Shown here: positions 13,101 to 25,100 of the stretch, piece after piece | Layout: every line of letters begins with the position of its first letter | Numbering within the stretch: position 1 is the first letter of the stretch | Translations under genes and position numbers: made by a program | Assembly: GCF_009914755.1 (NCBI RefSeq) | Contig: NC_060933.1 | From: the human T2T-CHM13v2.0 reference genome, Homo sapiens | Reading direction: 5' to 3' (one strand) | Length of the DNA: 64,000 bases | The notes under the pieces: model-generated | Databases searched by the model: none | What the model was told of the DNA's origin: nothing | Seen by the model: only the letters and a program-made list of their open reading frames with translations

Positions 13101-16100
13101 TAAAATCTAGGGAGAAGCATTCTCAGGAACTTCTTTGTGATGTTTGCATTCAAGTCACAGAACTGAACATTCCCTTTCATAGAGCAGGTTTGAAACACTC
13201 TTTCTGTAGTATCTGCAAGCGGACGTTTTAAGCGCTTTCAGGCCTGTGGTGAGAAAGGAAATATCTTCAAATAAAAACTAGACAGAAGCATTCTCAGAAA
13301 CTTATTTGCGATGTGTGTCCTCAACTAACAGAGTTGAACCTTTCTTTTGATACAACATTTTGGAAACACTCTTTTTGTAGAATCTGCAAGTGGATATTTG
13401 AATAGCTTTGAAGGTTTCGTTGGAAACGGGAATATCTTCATATAAAATCAAGACAGAAGCATTCTCAGAAACTTCTCTGTGATGTTTGCATTCAACTCAT
13501 AGAGTTGAACACTTCCCTTCATACAGCAGGTTTGAAACACTCTTTTTGTAATATTTGGAAGTGGACATTTGCAGCGCTTTGAGGCCTATGATGAAAAAGG
13601 TAATATCTTCCCATAAAAACTAGACAGAAGCATTCTCAGAAACTTGTTTGTGATGTGTGTATTCAACTAACAGAGATGAACCTTTCTTTTTACAGAGCAG
13701 TTTTGAAACACTCTTTTTGTGGAATCTGAAAGTGGATATTTGGATAGCTTTGCGGATTTCGTTGGAAACGGGATTACATATAAAATCTAGGGAGAAGCAT
13801 TCTCAGGAACTTCTTTGTGATGTTTGCATTCAAGTCACAGAACTGAACATTCCCTTTCATAGAGCAGGTTTGAAACACTCTTTCTGTAGTATCTGCAAGC
13901 GGACGTTTTAAGCGCTTTCAGGCCTGTGGTGAGAAAGGAAATATCTTCAAATAAAAACTAGACAGAAGCATTCTCAGAAACTTATTTGCGATGTGTGTCC
14001 TCAACTAACAGAGTTGAACCTTTCTTTTGATACAACATTTTGGAAACACTCTTTTTGTAGAATCTGCAAGTGGATATTTGGATAGCTTTGAAGGTTTCGT
14101 TGGAAACGGGAATATCTTCATATGAAATCAAGACAGAAGCATTCTCAGAAACTTCTCTGTGATGTTTGCATTCAACTCATAGAGTTGAACACTTCCCTTC
14201 ATACAGCAGGTTTGAAACACTCTTTTTCTAATATTTGGAAGTGGACATTTGCTGCGCTTTGAGGCCTATGTTGAAAAAGGAAATATCTTCTCCTAAAAAC
14301 CAGACAGAAGCATTCTCAGAAACTTCCTTGTGATGTGTGTACTCAAGTAACAGAGTTGAACCTTCCTTTTGACAGAGCAGTTTTGAAGCACTCTTTTTGT
14401 AGAATCTGCAAGTGGATATTTTGATACCTTTGAGGATTTCGTTGGACACGGGATATCTTCATATAAAATCTAGACAGAAGCATTCTCAGAAACTTCTTTG
14501 TGCTGTATGTCCTCAATTAACAGAGTTGAACCTTTGTGTGGATACAGCATTTTGGAAACATTCCTTTAGTAGAATCTGCAAGTTGATATTTAGATAGCTA
14601 GGAAGATTTCCTTGGAAACGGGAATATCTTCATATAAAATCTAGACGGAAGCATTCGCAGAAAGTACTTTGTGATGTTTGCATTCAAGTCACAGAGTTGA
14701 ATATTCCCTTTTATAGAGCAGGTTTGAAACACTCTTTCTGCACTACCTGGAAGTGGACATTTGGAGCGCTTTGAGGCCTATGTTGAAAAACGAAATATCT
14801 TCCCATAAAAACTAGACAGAAGCATTCTCAGAAACTTGTTTGTGATGTGTGTATTCAACTAACAGAGATGAACCTTTCTTTTTACAGAGCAGTTTTGAAA
14901 CACTCTTTTTGTGGAATCTGAAAGTGGATATTTGGATAGCTTTGAGGATTTCGTTGGAAACGGGATTACATATAAAACCTAGAGAGAAGCATTCTCAGGA
15001 ACTTCTTTGTGATGTTTGCCTTCAAGTCACAGGACTGAACATTCCCTTTCATAGAGCAGGTTTGAAACACTCTTTCTGTAGTATCTGCAAGCTGACGTTT
15101 CAAGCGCTTTCAGGCCTATGGTGAGAAAGGAAATATCTTCAAGTAAAAACTAGACAGAAGCATTCTCAGAAACTTATTTGCCATGTGTGTTCTCAACTAA
15201 CAGAGTTGAACCTTTGTTTTGATACGGCATTTTGGAAACACTCTTTTTGTAGAATCTGCAGGTGGATATTCGGATAGCTTTGAAGGTTTCGTTGGAAACG
15301 GGAATATCTTCATATAAAATCTAGACGGAAGCATTCTCAGAAACTGCTTTGTGATGTTTTCATTCAAGTCACAGAGTAGAATGTTCCCTGTTATATACCA
15401 GGTTTGAGACACTCTTTCTGCACTACCCGGAAGTGGACGTTTGGAGCGCTTTGAGGCCTATGTTGAAAAAGGAAATATCTTCCCATAAAAACTAGACAGA
15501 AGCATTCTCAGAAACTTGTTTGTGATGTGTGTATTCAACTAACAGAGATGAACCTTTCTTTTTACAGAGCAGTTTTGAAACACTCTTTTTGTGGAATCTG
15601 AAAGTGGATATTTGGATGGCTTTGAGGATTTCGTTGGAAACGGGATTACATATAAAATCTAGAGAGAAGCATTCTCAGGAACTTCTTTGTGATGTTTGCA
15701 TTCACGTCACAGAACTGAACATTCCCTTTCATAGAGCATGTTTGAAACACTCTTTCTGTAGTATCTGCAAACGGACATTTCAAACGCTTTCAGGCCTATG
15801 GTGAGAAAGGAAATATCTTCAAGTAAAAACTAGACAGAAGCATTCTCAGAAACTTATTTGCGATGTGTGTCCTCAACTAACAGAGTTGAACCTTTCTTTT
15901 GATACAACATTTTGGAAACACTCTTTTTGTAGAATCTGCAAGTGGATATTTGAATAGCTTTGAAGGTTTCGTTGGAAACGGGAATATCTTCATATAAAAT
16001 CAAGACAGAAGCATTCTCAGAAACTTCTCTGTGATGTTTGCATTCAACTCATAGAGTTGAACACTTCCCTTCATACAGCAGGTTTGAAACACTCTTTTTG

Positions 16101-19100
16101 TAATATTTGGAAGTGGACATTTGCAGCGCTTTGAGGCCTATGATGAAAAAGGAAATATCTTCCCATAAAAACTAGACAGAAGCATTCTCAGAAACTTGTT
16201 TGTGATGTGTGTATTCAACTAACAGAGATGAACCTTTCTTTTTACAGAGCAGTTTTGAAACACTCTTTTTGTGGAATCTGAAAGTGGATATTTGGATAGC
16301 TTTGCGGATTTCGTTGGAAACGGGATTACATATAAAATCTAGGGTGAAGCATTCTCAGGAACTTCTTTGTGATGTTTGCATTCAAGTCACAGAACTGAAC
16401 ATTCCCTTTCATAGAGCAGGTTTGAAACACCCTTTCTGTAGTATCTGCAAGCGGACGTTTTAAGCGCTTTCAGGCCTGTGGTGAGAAAGGAAATATCTTC
16501 AAATAAAAACTAGACAGAAGCATTCTCAGAAACGTATTTGCGATGTGTGTCCTCAACTAACAGAGTTGAACCTTTCTTTTGATACAACATTTTGGAAACA
16601 CTCTTTTTGTAGAATCTGCAAGTGGATATTTGGATAGCTTTGAAGGTTTCGTTGGAAACGGGAATATCTTCATATGAAATCAAGACAGAAGCATTCTCAG
16701 AAACTTCTCTGTGATGTTTGCATTCAACTCATAGAGTTGAACACTTCCCTTCATACAGCAGGTTTGAAACACTCTTTTTCTAATATTTGGAAGTGGACAT
16801 TTGCAGCGCTTTGAGGCCTATGTTGAAAAAGGAAATATCTTCTCCTAAAAACCAGACAGAAGCATTCTCAGAAACTTCCTTGTGATGTGTGTACTCAAGT
16901 AACAGAGTTGAACCTTCGTTTTGACAGAGCAGTTTTGAAGCACTCTTTTTGTAGAATCTGCAAGTGGATATTTTGATACCTTTGAGGATTTCGTTGGACA
17001 CGGGATATCTTCATATAAAATCTAGACAGAAGCATTCTCAGAAACTTCTTTGTGCTGTATGTCCTCAATTAACAGAGTTGAACCTTTGTGTGGATACAGC
17101 ATTTTGGAAACATTCCTTTAGTAGAATCTGCAAGTTGATATTTAGATAGCTAGGAAGATTTCCTTGGAAACGGGAATATCTTCATATAAAATCTAGACGG
17201 AAGCATTCTCAGAAAGTGCTTTGTGATGTTTGCATTCAAGTCACAGAGTTGAATATTCCCTTTTATAGAGCAGGTTTGAAACACTCTTTCTGCACTACCT
17301 GGAAGTGGACATTTGGAGCGCTTTGAGGCCTATGTTGAAAAAGGAAATATCTTCCCATAAAAACTAGACAGAAGCATTCTCAGAAACTTGTTTGTGATGT
17401 GTGTATTCAACTAACAGAGATGAACCTTTCTTTTTACAGAGCAGTTTTGAAACACTCTTTTTGTGGAATCTGAAAGTGGATATTTGGATAGCTTTGAGGA
17501 TTTCGTTGGAAACGGGATTACATATAAAACCTAGAGAGAAGCATTCTCAGGAACTTCTTTGTGATGTTTGCATTCACGTCACAGAACTGAACATTCCCTT
17601 TCATAGAGCATGTTTGAAACACTCTTTCTGTAGTATCTGCAAACGGACATTTCAAACGCTTTCAGGCCTATGGTGAGAAAGGAAATATCTTCAAGTAAAA
17701 ACTAGACAGAAGCATTCTCAGAAACTTATTTGCGATGTGTGTCCTCAACTAACAGAGTTGAACCTTTCTTTTGATACAACATTTTGGAAACACTCTTTTT
17801 GTAGAATCTGCAAGTGGATATTTGAATAGCTTTGAAGGTTTCGTTGGAAACGGGAATATCTTCATATAAAATCAAGACAGAAGCATTCTCAGAAACTTCT
17901 CTTTGATGTTTGCATTCAACTCATAGAGTTGAACACTTCCCTTCATACAGCAGGTTTGAAACACTCTTTTTGTAATATTTGGAAGTGGACATTTGCAGCG
18001 CTTTGAGGCCTATGATGAAAAAGGTAATATCTTCCCATAAAAACTAGACAGAAGCATTCTCAGAAACTTGTTTGTGATGTGTGTATTCAACTAACAGAGA
18101 TGAACCTTTCTTTTTACAGAGCAGTTTTGAAACACTCTTTTTGTGGAATCTGAAAGTGGATATTTGGATAGCTTTGCGGATTTCGTTGGAAACGGGATTA
18201 CATATAAAATCTAGGGAGAAGCATTCTCAGGAACTTCTTTGTGATGTTTGCATTCAAGTCACAGAACTGAACATTCCCTTTCATAGAGCAGGTTTGAAAC
18301 ACTCTTTCTGTAGTATCTGCAAGCGGACGTTTTAAGCGCTTTCAGGCCTGTGGTGAGAAAGGAAATATCTTCAAATAAAAACTAGACAGAAGCATTCTCA
18401 GAAACTTATTTGCGATGTGTGTCCTCAACTAACAGAGTTGAACCTTTCTTTTGATACAACATTTTGGAAACACTCTTTTTGTAGAATCTGCAAGTGGATA
18501 TTTGAATAGCTTTGAAGGTTTCGTTGGAAACGGGAATATCTTCATATAAAATCAAGACAGAAGCATTCTCAGAAACTTCTCTGTGATGTTTGCATTCAAC
18601 TCATAGAGTTGAACACTTCCCTTCATACAGCAGGTTTGAAACACTCTTTTTGTAATATTTGGAAGTGGACATTTGCAGCGCTTTGAGGCCTATGATGAAA
18701 AAGGTAATATCTTCCCATAAAAACTAGACAGAAGCATTCTCAGAAACTTGTTTGTGATGTGTGTATTCAACTAACAGAGATGAACCTTTCTTTTTACAGA
18801 GCAGTTTTGAAACACTCTTTTTGTGGAATCTGAAAGTGGATATTTGGATAGCTTTGCGGATTTCGTTGGAAACGGGATTACATATAAAATCTAGGGAGAA
18901 GCATTCTCAGGAACTTCTTTGTGATGTTTGCATTCAAGTCACAGAACTGAACATTCCCTTTCATAGAGCAGGTTTGAAACACTCTTTCTGTAGTATCTGC
19001 AAGCGGACGTTTTAAGCGCTTTCAGGCCTGTGGTGAGAAAGGAAATATCTTCAAATAAAAACTAGACAGAAGCATTCTCAGAAACTTATTTGCGATGTGT

Positions 19101-22100
19101 GTCCTCAACTAACAGAGTTGAACCTTTCTTTTGATACAACATTTTGGAAACACTCTTTTTGTAGAATCTGCAAGTGGATATTTGGATAGCTTTGAAGGTT
19201 TCGTTGGAAACGGGAATATCTTCATATGAAATCAAGACAGAAGCATTCTCAGAAACTTCTCTGTGATGTTTGCATTCAACTCATAGAGTTGAACACTTCC
19301 CTTCATACAGCAGGTTTGAAACACTCTTTTTCTAATATTTGGAAGTGGACATTTGCTGCGCTTTGAGGCCTATGTTGAAAAAGGAAATATCTTCTCCTAA
19401 AAACCAGACAGAAGCATTCTCAGAAACTTCCTTGTGATGTGTGTACTCAAGTAACAGAGTTGAACCTTCCTTTTGACAGAGCAGTTTTGAAGCACTCTTT
19501 TTGTAGAATCTGCAAGTGGATATTTTGATACCTTTGAGGATTTCGTTGGACACGGGATATCTTCATATAAAATCTAGACAGAAGCATTCTCAGAAACTTC
19601 TTTGTGCTGTATGTCCTCAATTAACAGAGTTGAACCTTTGTGTGGATACAGCATTTTGGAAACATTCCTTTAGTAGAATCTGCAAGTTGATATTTAGATA
19701 GCTAGGAAGATTTCCTTGGAAACGGGAATATCTTCATATAAAATCTAGACGGAAGCATTCTCAGAAAGTGCTTTGTGATGTTTGCATTCAAGTCACAGAG
19801 TTGAATATTCCCTTTTATAGAGCAGGTTTGAAACACTCTTTCTGCACTACCTGGAAGTGGACATTTGGAGCGCTTTGAGGCCTATGTTGAAAAAGGAAAT
19901 ATCTTCCCATAAAAACTAGACAGAAGCATTCTCAGAAACTTGTTTGTGATGTGTGTATTCAACTAACAGAGATGAACCTTTCTTTTTACAGAGCAGTTTT
20001 GAAACACTGTTTTTGTGGAATCTGAAAGTGGATATTTGGATAGCTTTGAGGATTTCGTTGGAAACGGGATTACATATAAAACCTAGAGAGAAGCATTCTC
20101 AGGAACTTCTTTGTGATGTTTGCCTTCAAGTCACAGGACTGAACATTCCCTTTCATAGAGCAGGTTTGAAACACTCTTTCTGTAGTATCTGCAAGCTGAC
20201 GTTTCAAGCGCTTTCAGGCCTATGGTGAGAAAGGAAATATCTTCAAGTAAAAACTAGACAGAAGCATTCTCAGAAACTTATTTGCCATGTGTGTTCTCAA
20301 CTAACAGAGTTGAACCTTTGTTTTGATACGGCATTTTGGAAACACTCTTTTTGTAGAATCTGCAGGTGGATATTCGGATAGCTTTGAAGGTTTCGTTGGA
20401 AACGGGAATATCTTCATATAAAATCTAGACGGAAGCATTCTCAGAAACTGCTTTGTGATGTTTTCATTCAAGTCACAGAGTAGAATGTTCCCTGTTATAT
20501 ACCAGGTTTGAGACACTCTTTCTGCACTACCCGGAAGTGGACGTTTGGAGCGCTTTGAGGCCTATGTTGAAAAAGGAAATATCTTCCCATAAAAACTAGA
20601 CAGAAGCATTCTCAGAAACTTGTTTGTGATGTGTGTATTCAACTAACAGAGATGAACCTTTCTTTTTACAGAGCAGTTTTGAAACACTCTTTTTGTGGAA
20701 TCTGAAAGTGGATATTTGGATAGCTTTGAGGATATCGTTGGAAACGGGATTACATATAAAATCTAGAGAGAAGCATTCTCAGGAACTTCTTTGTGATGTT
20801 TGCATTCACGTCACAGAACTGAACATTCCCTTTCATAGAGCATGTTTGAAACACTCTTTCTGTAGTATCTGCAAACGGACATTTCAAACGCTTTCAGGCC
20901 TATGGTGAGAAAGGAAATATCTTCAAGTAAAAACTAGACAGAAGCATTCTCAGAAACTTATTTGCGATGTGTGTCCTCAACTAACAGAGTTGAACCTTTC
21001 TTTTGATACAACATTTTGGAAACACTCTTTTTGTAGAATCAGCAAGTGGATATTTGAATAGCTTTGAAGGTTTCGTTGGAAACGGGAATATCTTCATATA
21101 AAATCAAGACAGAAGCATTCTCAGAAACTTCTCTGTGATGTTTGCATTCAACTCATAGAGTTGAACACTTCCCTTCATACAGCAGGGTTGAAACACTCTT
21201 TTTGTAATATTTGGAAGTGGACATTTGCAGCGCTTTGAGGCCTATGATGAAAAAGGTAATATCTTCCCATAAAAACTAGACAGAAGCATTCTCAGAAACT
21301 TGTTTGTGATGTGTGTATTCAACTAACAGAGATGAACCTTTCTTTTTACAGAGCAGTTTTGAAACACTCTTTTTGTGGAATCTGAAAGTGGATATTTGGA
21401 TAGCTTTGCGGATTTCGTTGGAAACGGGATTACATATAAAATCTAGGGAGAAGCATTCTCAGGAACTTCTTTGTGATGTTTGCATTCAAGTCACAGAACT
21501 GAACATTCCCTTTCATAGAGCAGGTTTGAAACACTCTTTCTGTAGTATCTGCAAGCGGACGTTTTAAGCGCTTTCAGGCCTGTGGTGAGAAAGGAAATAT
21601 CTTCAAATAAAAACTAGACAGAAGCATTCTCAGAAACTTATTTGCGATGTGTGTCCTCAACTAACAGAGTTGAACCTTTCTTTTGATACAACATTTTGGA
21701 AACACTCTTTTTGTAGAATCTGCAAGTGGATATTTGAATAGCTTTGAAGGTTTCGTTGGAAACGGGAATATCTTCATATAAAATCAAGACAGAAGCATTC
21801 TCAGAAACTTCTCTGTGATGTTTGCATTCAACTCATAGAGTTGAACACTTCCCTTCATACAGCAGGTTTGAAACACTCTTTTTGTAATATTTGGAAGTGG
21901 ACATTTGCAGCGCTTTGAGGCCTATGTTGAAAAAGGAAATATCTTCTCCTAAAAACCAGACAGAAGCATTCTCAGAAACTTCCTTGTGATGTGTGTACTC
22001 AAGTAACAGAGTTGAACCTTCCTTTTGACAGAGCAGTTTTGAAGCACTCTTTTTGTAGAATCTGCAAGTGGATATTTTGATACCTTTGAGGATTTCGTTG

Positions 22101-25100
22101 GACACGGGATATCTTCATATAAAATCTAGACAGAAGCATTCTCAGAAACTTCTTTGTGCTGTATGTCCTCAATTAACAGAGTTGAACCTTTGTGTGGATA
22201 CAGCATTTTGGAAACATTCCTTTAGTAGAATCTGCAAGTTGATATTTAGATAGCTAGGAAGATTTCCTTGGAAACGGGAATATCTTCATATAAAATCTAG
22301 ACGGAAGCATTCGCAGAAAGTACTTTGTGATGTTTGCATTCAAGTCACAGAGTTGAATATTCCCTTTTATAGAGCAGGTTTGAAACACTCTTTCTGCACT
22401 ACCTGGAAGTGGACATTTGGAGCGCTTTGAGGCCTATGTTGAAAAACGAAATATCTTCCCATAAAAACTAGACAGAAGCATTCTCAGAAACTTGTTTGTG
22501 ATGTGTGTATTCAACTAACAGAGATGAACCTTTCTTTTTACAGAGCAGTTTTGAAACACTCTTTTTGTGGAATCTGAAAGTGGATATTTGGATAGCTTTG
22601 AGGATTTCGTTGGAAACGGGATTACATATAAAACCTAGAGAGAAGCATTCTCAGGAACTTCTTTGTGATGTTTGCCTTCAAGTCACAGGACTGAACATTC
22701 CCTTTCATAGAGCAGGTTTGAAACACTCTTTCTGTAGTATCTGCAAGCTGACGTTTCAAGCGCTTTCAGGCCTATGGTGAGAAAGGAAATATCTTCAAGT
22801 AAAAACTAGACAGAAGCATTCTCAGAAACTTATTTGCCATGTGTGTTCTCAACTAACAGAGTTGAACCTTTGTTTTGATACGGCATTTTGGAAACACTCT
22901 TTTTGTAGAATCTGCAGGTGGATATTCGGATAGCTTTGAAGGTTTCGTTGGAAACGGGAATATCTTCATATAAAATCTAGACGGAAGCATTCTCAGAAAC
23001 TGCTTTGTGATGTTTTCATTCAAGTCACAGAGTAGAATGTTCCCTGTTATATACCAGGTTTGAGACACTCTTTCTGCACTACCCGGAAGTGGACGTTTGG
23101 AGCGCTTTGAGGCCTATGTTGAAAAAGGAAATATCTTCCCATAAAAACTAGACAGAAGCATTCTCAGAAACTTGTTTGTGATGTGTGTATTCAACTAACA
23201 GAGATGAACCTTTCTTTTTACAGAGCAGTTTTGAAACACTCTTTTTGTGGAATCTGAAAGTGGATATTTGGATGGCTTTGAGGATTTCGTTGGAAACGGG
23301 ATTACATATAAAATCTAGAGAGAAGCATTCTCAGGAACTTCTTTGTGATGTTTGCATTCACGTCACAGAACTGAACATTCCCTTTCATAGAGCATGTTTG
23401 AAACACTCTTTCTGTAGTATCTGCAAACGGACATTTCAAACGCTTTCAGGCCTATGGTGAGAAAGGAAATATCTTCAAGTAAAAACTAGACAGAAGCATT
23501 CTCAGAAACTTATTTGCGATGTGTGTCCTCAACTAACAGAGTTGAACCTTTCTTTTGATACAACATTTTGGAAACACTCTTTTTGTAGAATCTGCAAGTG
23601 GATATTTGAATAGCTTTGAAGGTTTCGTTGGAAACGGGAATATCTTCATATAAAATCAAGACAGAAGCATTCTCAGAAACTTCTCTGTGATGTTTGCATT
23701 CAACTCATAGAGTTGAACACTTCCCTTCATACAGCAGGTTTGAAACACTCTTTTTGTAATATTTGGAAGTGGACATTTGCAGCGCTTTGAGGCCTATGAT
23801 GAAAAAGGAAATATCTTCCCATAAAAACTAGACAGAAGCATTCTCAGAAACTTGTTTGTGATGTGTGTATTCAACTAACAGAGATGAACCTTTCTTTTTA
23901 CAGAGCAGTTTTGAAACACTCTTTTTGTGGAATCTGAAAGTGGATATTTGGATAGCTTTGCGGATTTCGTTGGAAACGGGATTACATATAAAATCTAGGG
24001 AGAAGCATTCTCAGGAACTTCTTTGTGATGTTTGCATTCAAGTCACAGAACTGAACATTCCCTTTCATAGAGCAGGTTTGAAACACCCTTTCTGTAGTAT
24101 CTGCAAGCGGACGTTTTAAGCGCTTTCAGGCCTGTGGTGAGAAAGGAAATATCTTCAAATAAAAACTAGACAGAAGCATTCTCAGAAACGTATTTGCGAT
24201 GTGTGTCCTCAACTAACAGAGTTGAACCTTTCTTTTGATACAACATTTTGGAAACACTCTTTTTGTAGAATCTGCAAGTGGATATTTGGATAGCTTTGAA
24301 GGTTTCGTTGGAAACGGGAATATCTTCATATGAAATCAAGACAGAAGCATTCTCAGAAACTTCTCTGTGATGTTTGCATTCAACTCATAGAGTTGAACAC
24401 TTCCCTTCATACAGCAGGTTTGAAACACTCTTTTTCTAATATTTGGAAGTGGACATTTGCAGCGCTTTGAGGCCTATGTTGAAAAAGGAAATATCTTCTC
24501 CTAAAAACCAGACAGAAGCATTCTCAGAAACTTCCTTGTGATGTGTGTACTCAAGTAACAGAGTTGAACCTTCGTTTTGACAGAGCAGTTTTGAAGCACT
24601 CTTTTTGTAGAATCTGCAAGTGGATATTTTGATACCTTTGAGGATTTCGTTGGACACGGGATATCTTCATATAAAATCTAGACAGAAGCATTCTCAGAAA
24701 CTTCTTTGTGCTGTATGTCCTCAATTAACAGAGTTGAACCTTTGTGTGGATACAGCATTTTGGAAACATTCCTTTAGTAGAATCTGCAAGTTGATATTTA
24801 GATAGCTAGGAAGATTTCCTTGGAAACGGGAATATCTTCATATAAAATCTAGACGGAAGCATTCTCAGAAAGTGCTTTGTGATGTTTGCATTCAAGTCAC
24901 AGAGTTGAATATTCCCTTTTATAGAGCAGGTTTGAAACACTCTTTCTGCACTACCTGGAAGTGGACATTTGGAGCGCTTTGAGGCCTATGTTGAAAAACG
25001 AAATATCTTCCCATAAAAACTAGACAGAAGCATTCTCAGAAACTTGTTTGTGATGTGTGTATTCAACTAACAGAGATGAACCTTTCTTTTTACAGAGCAG

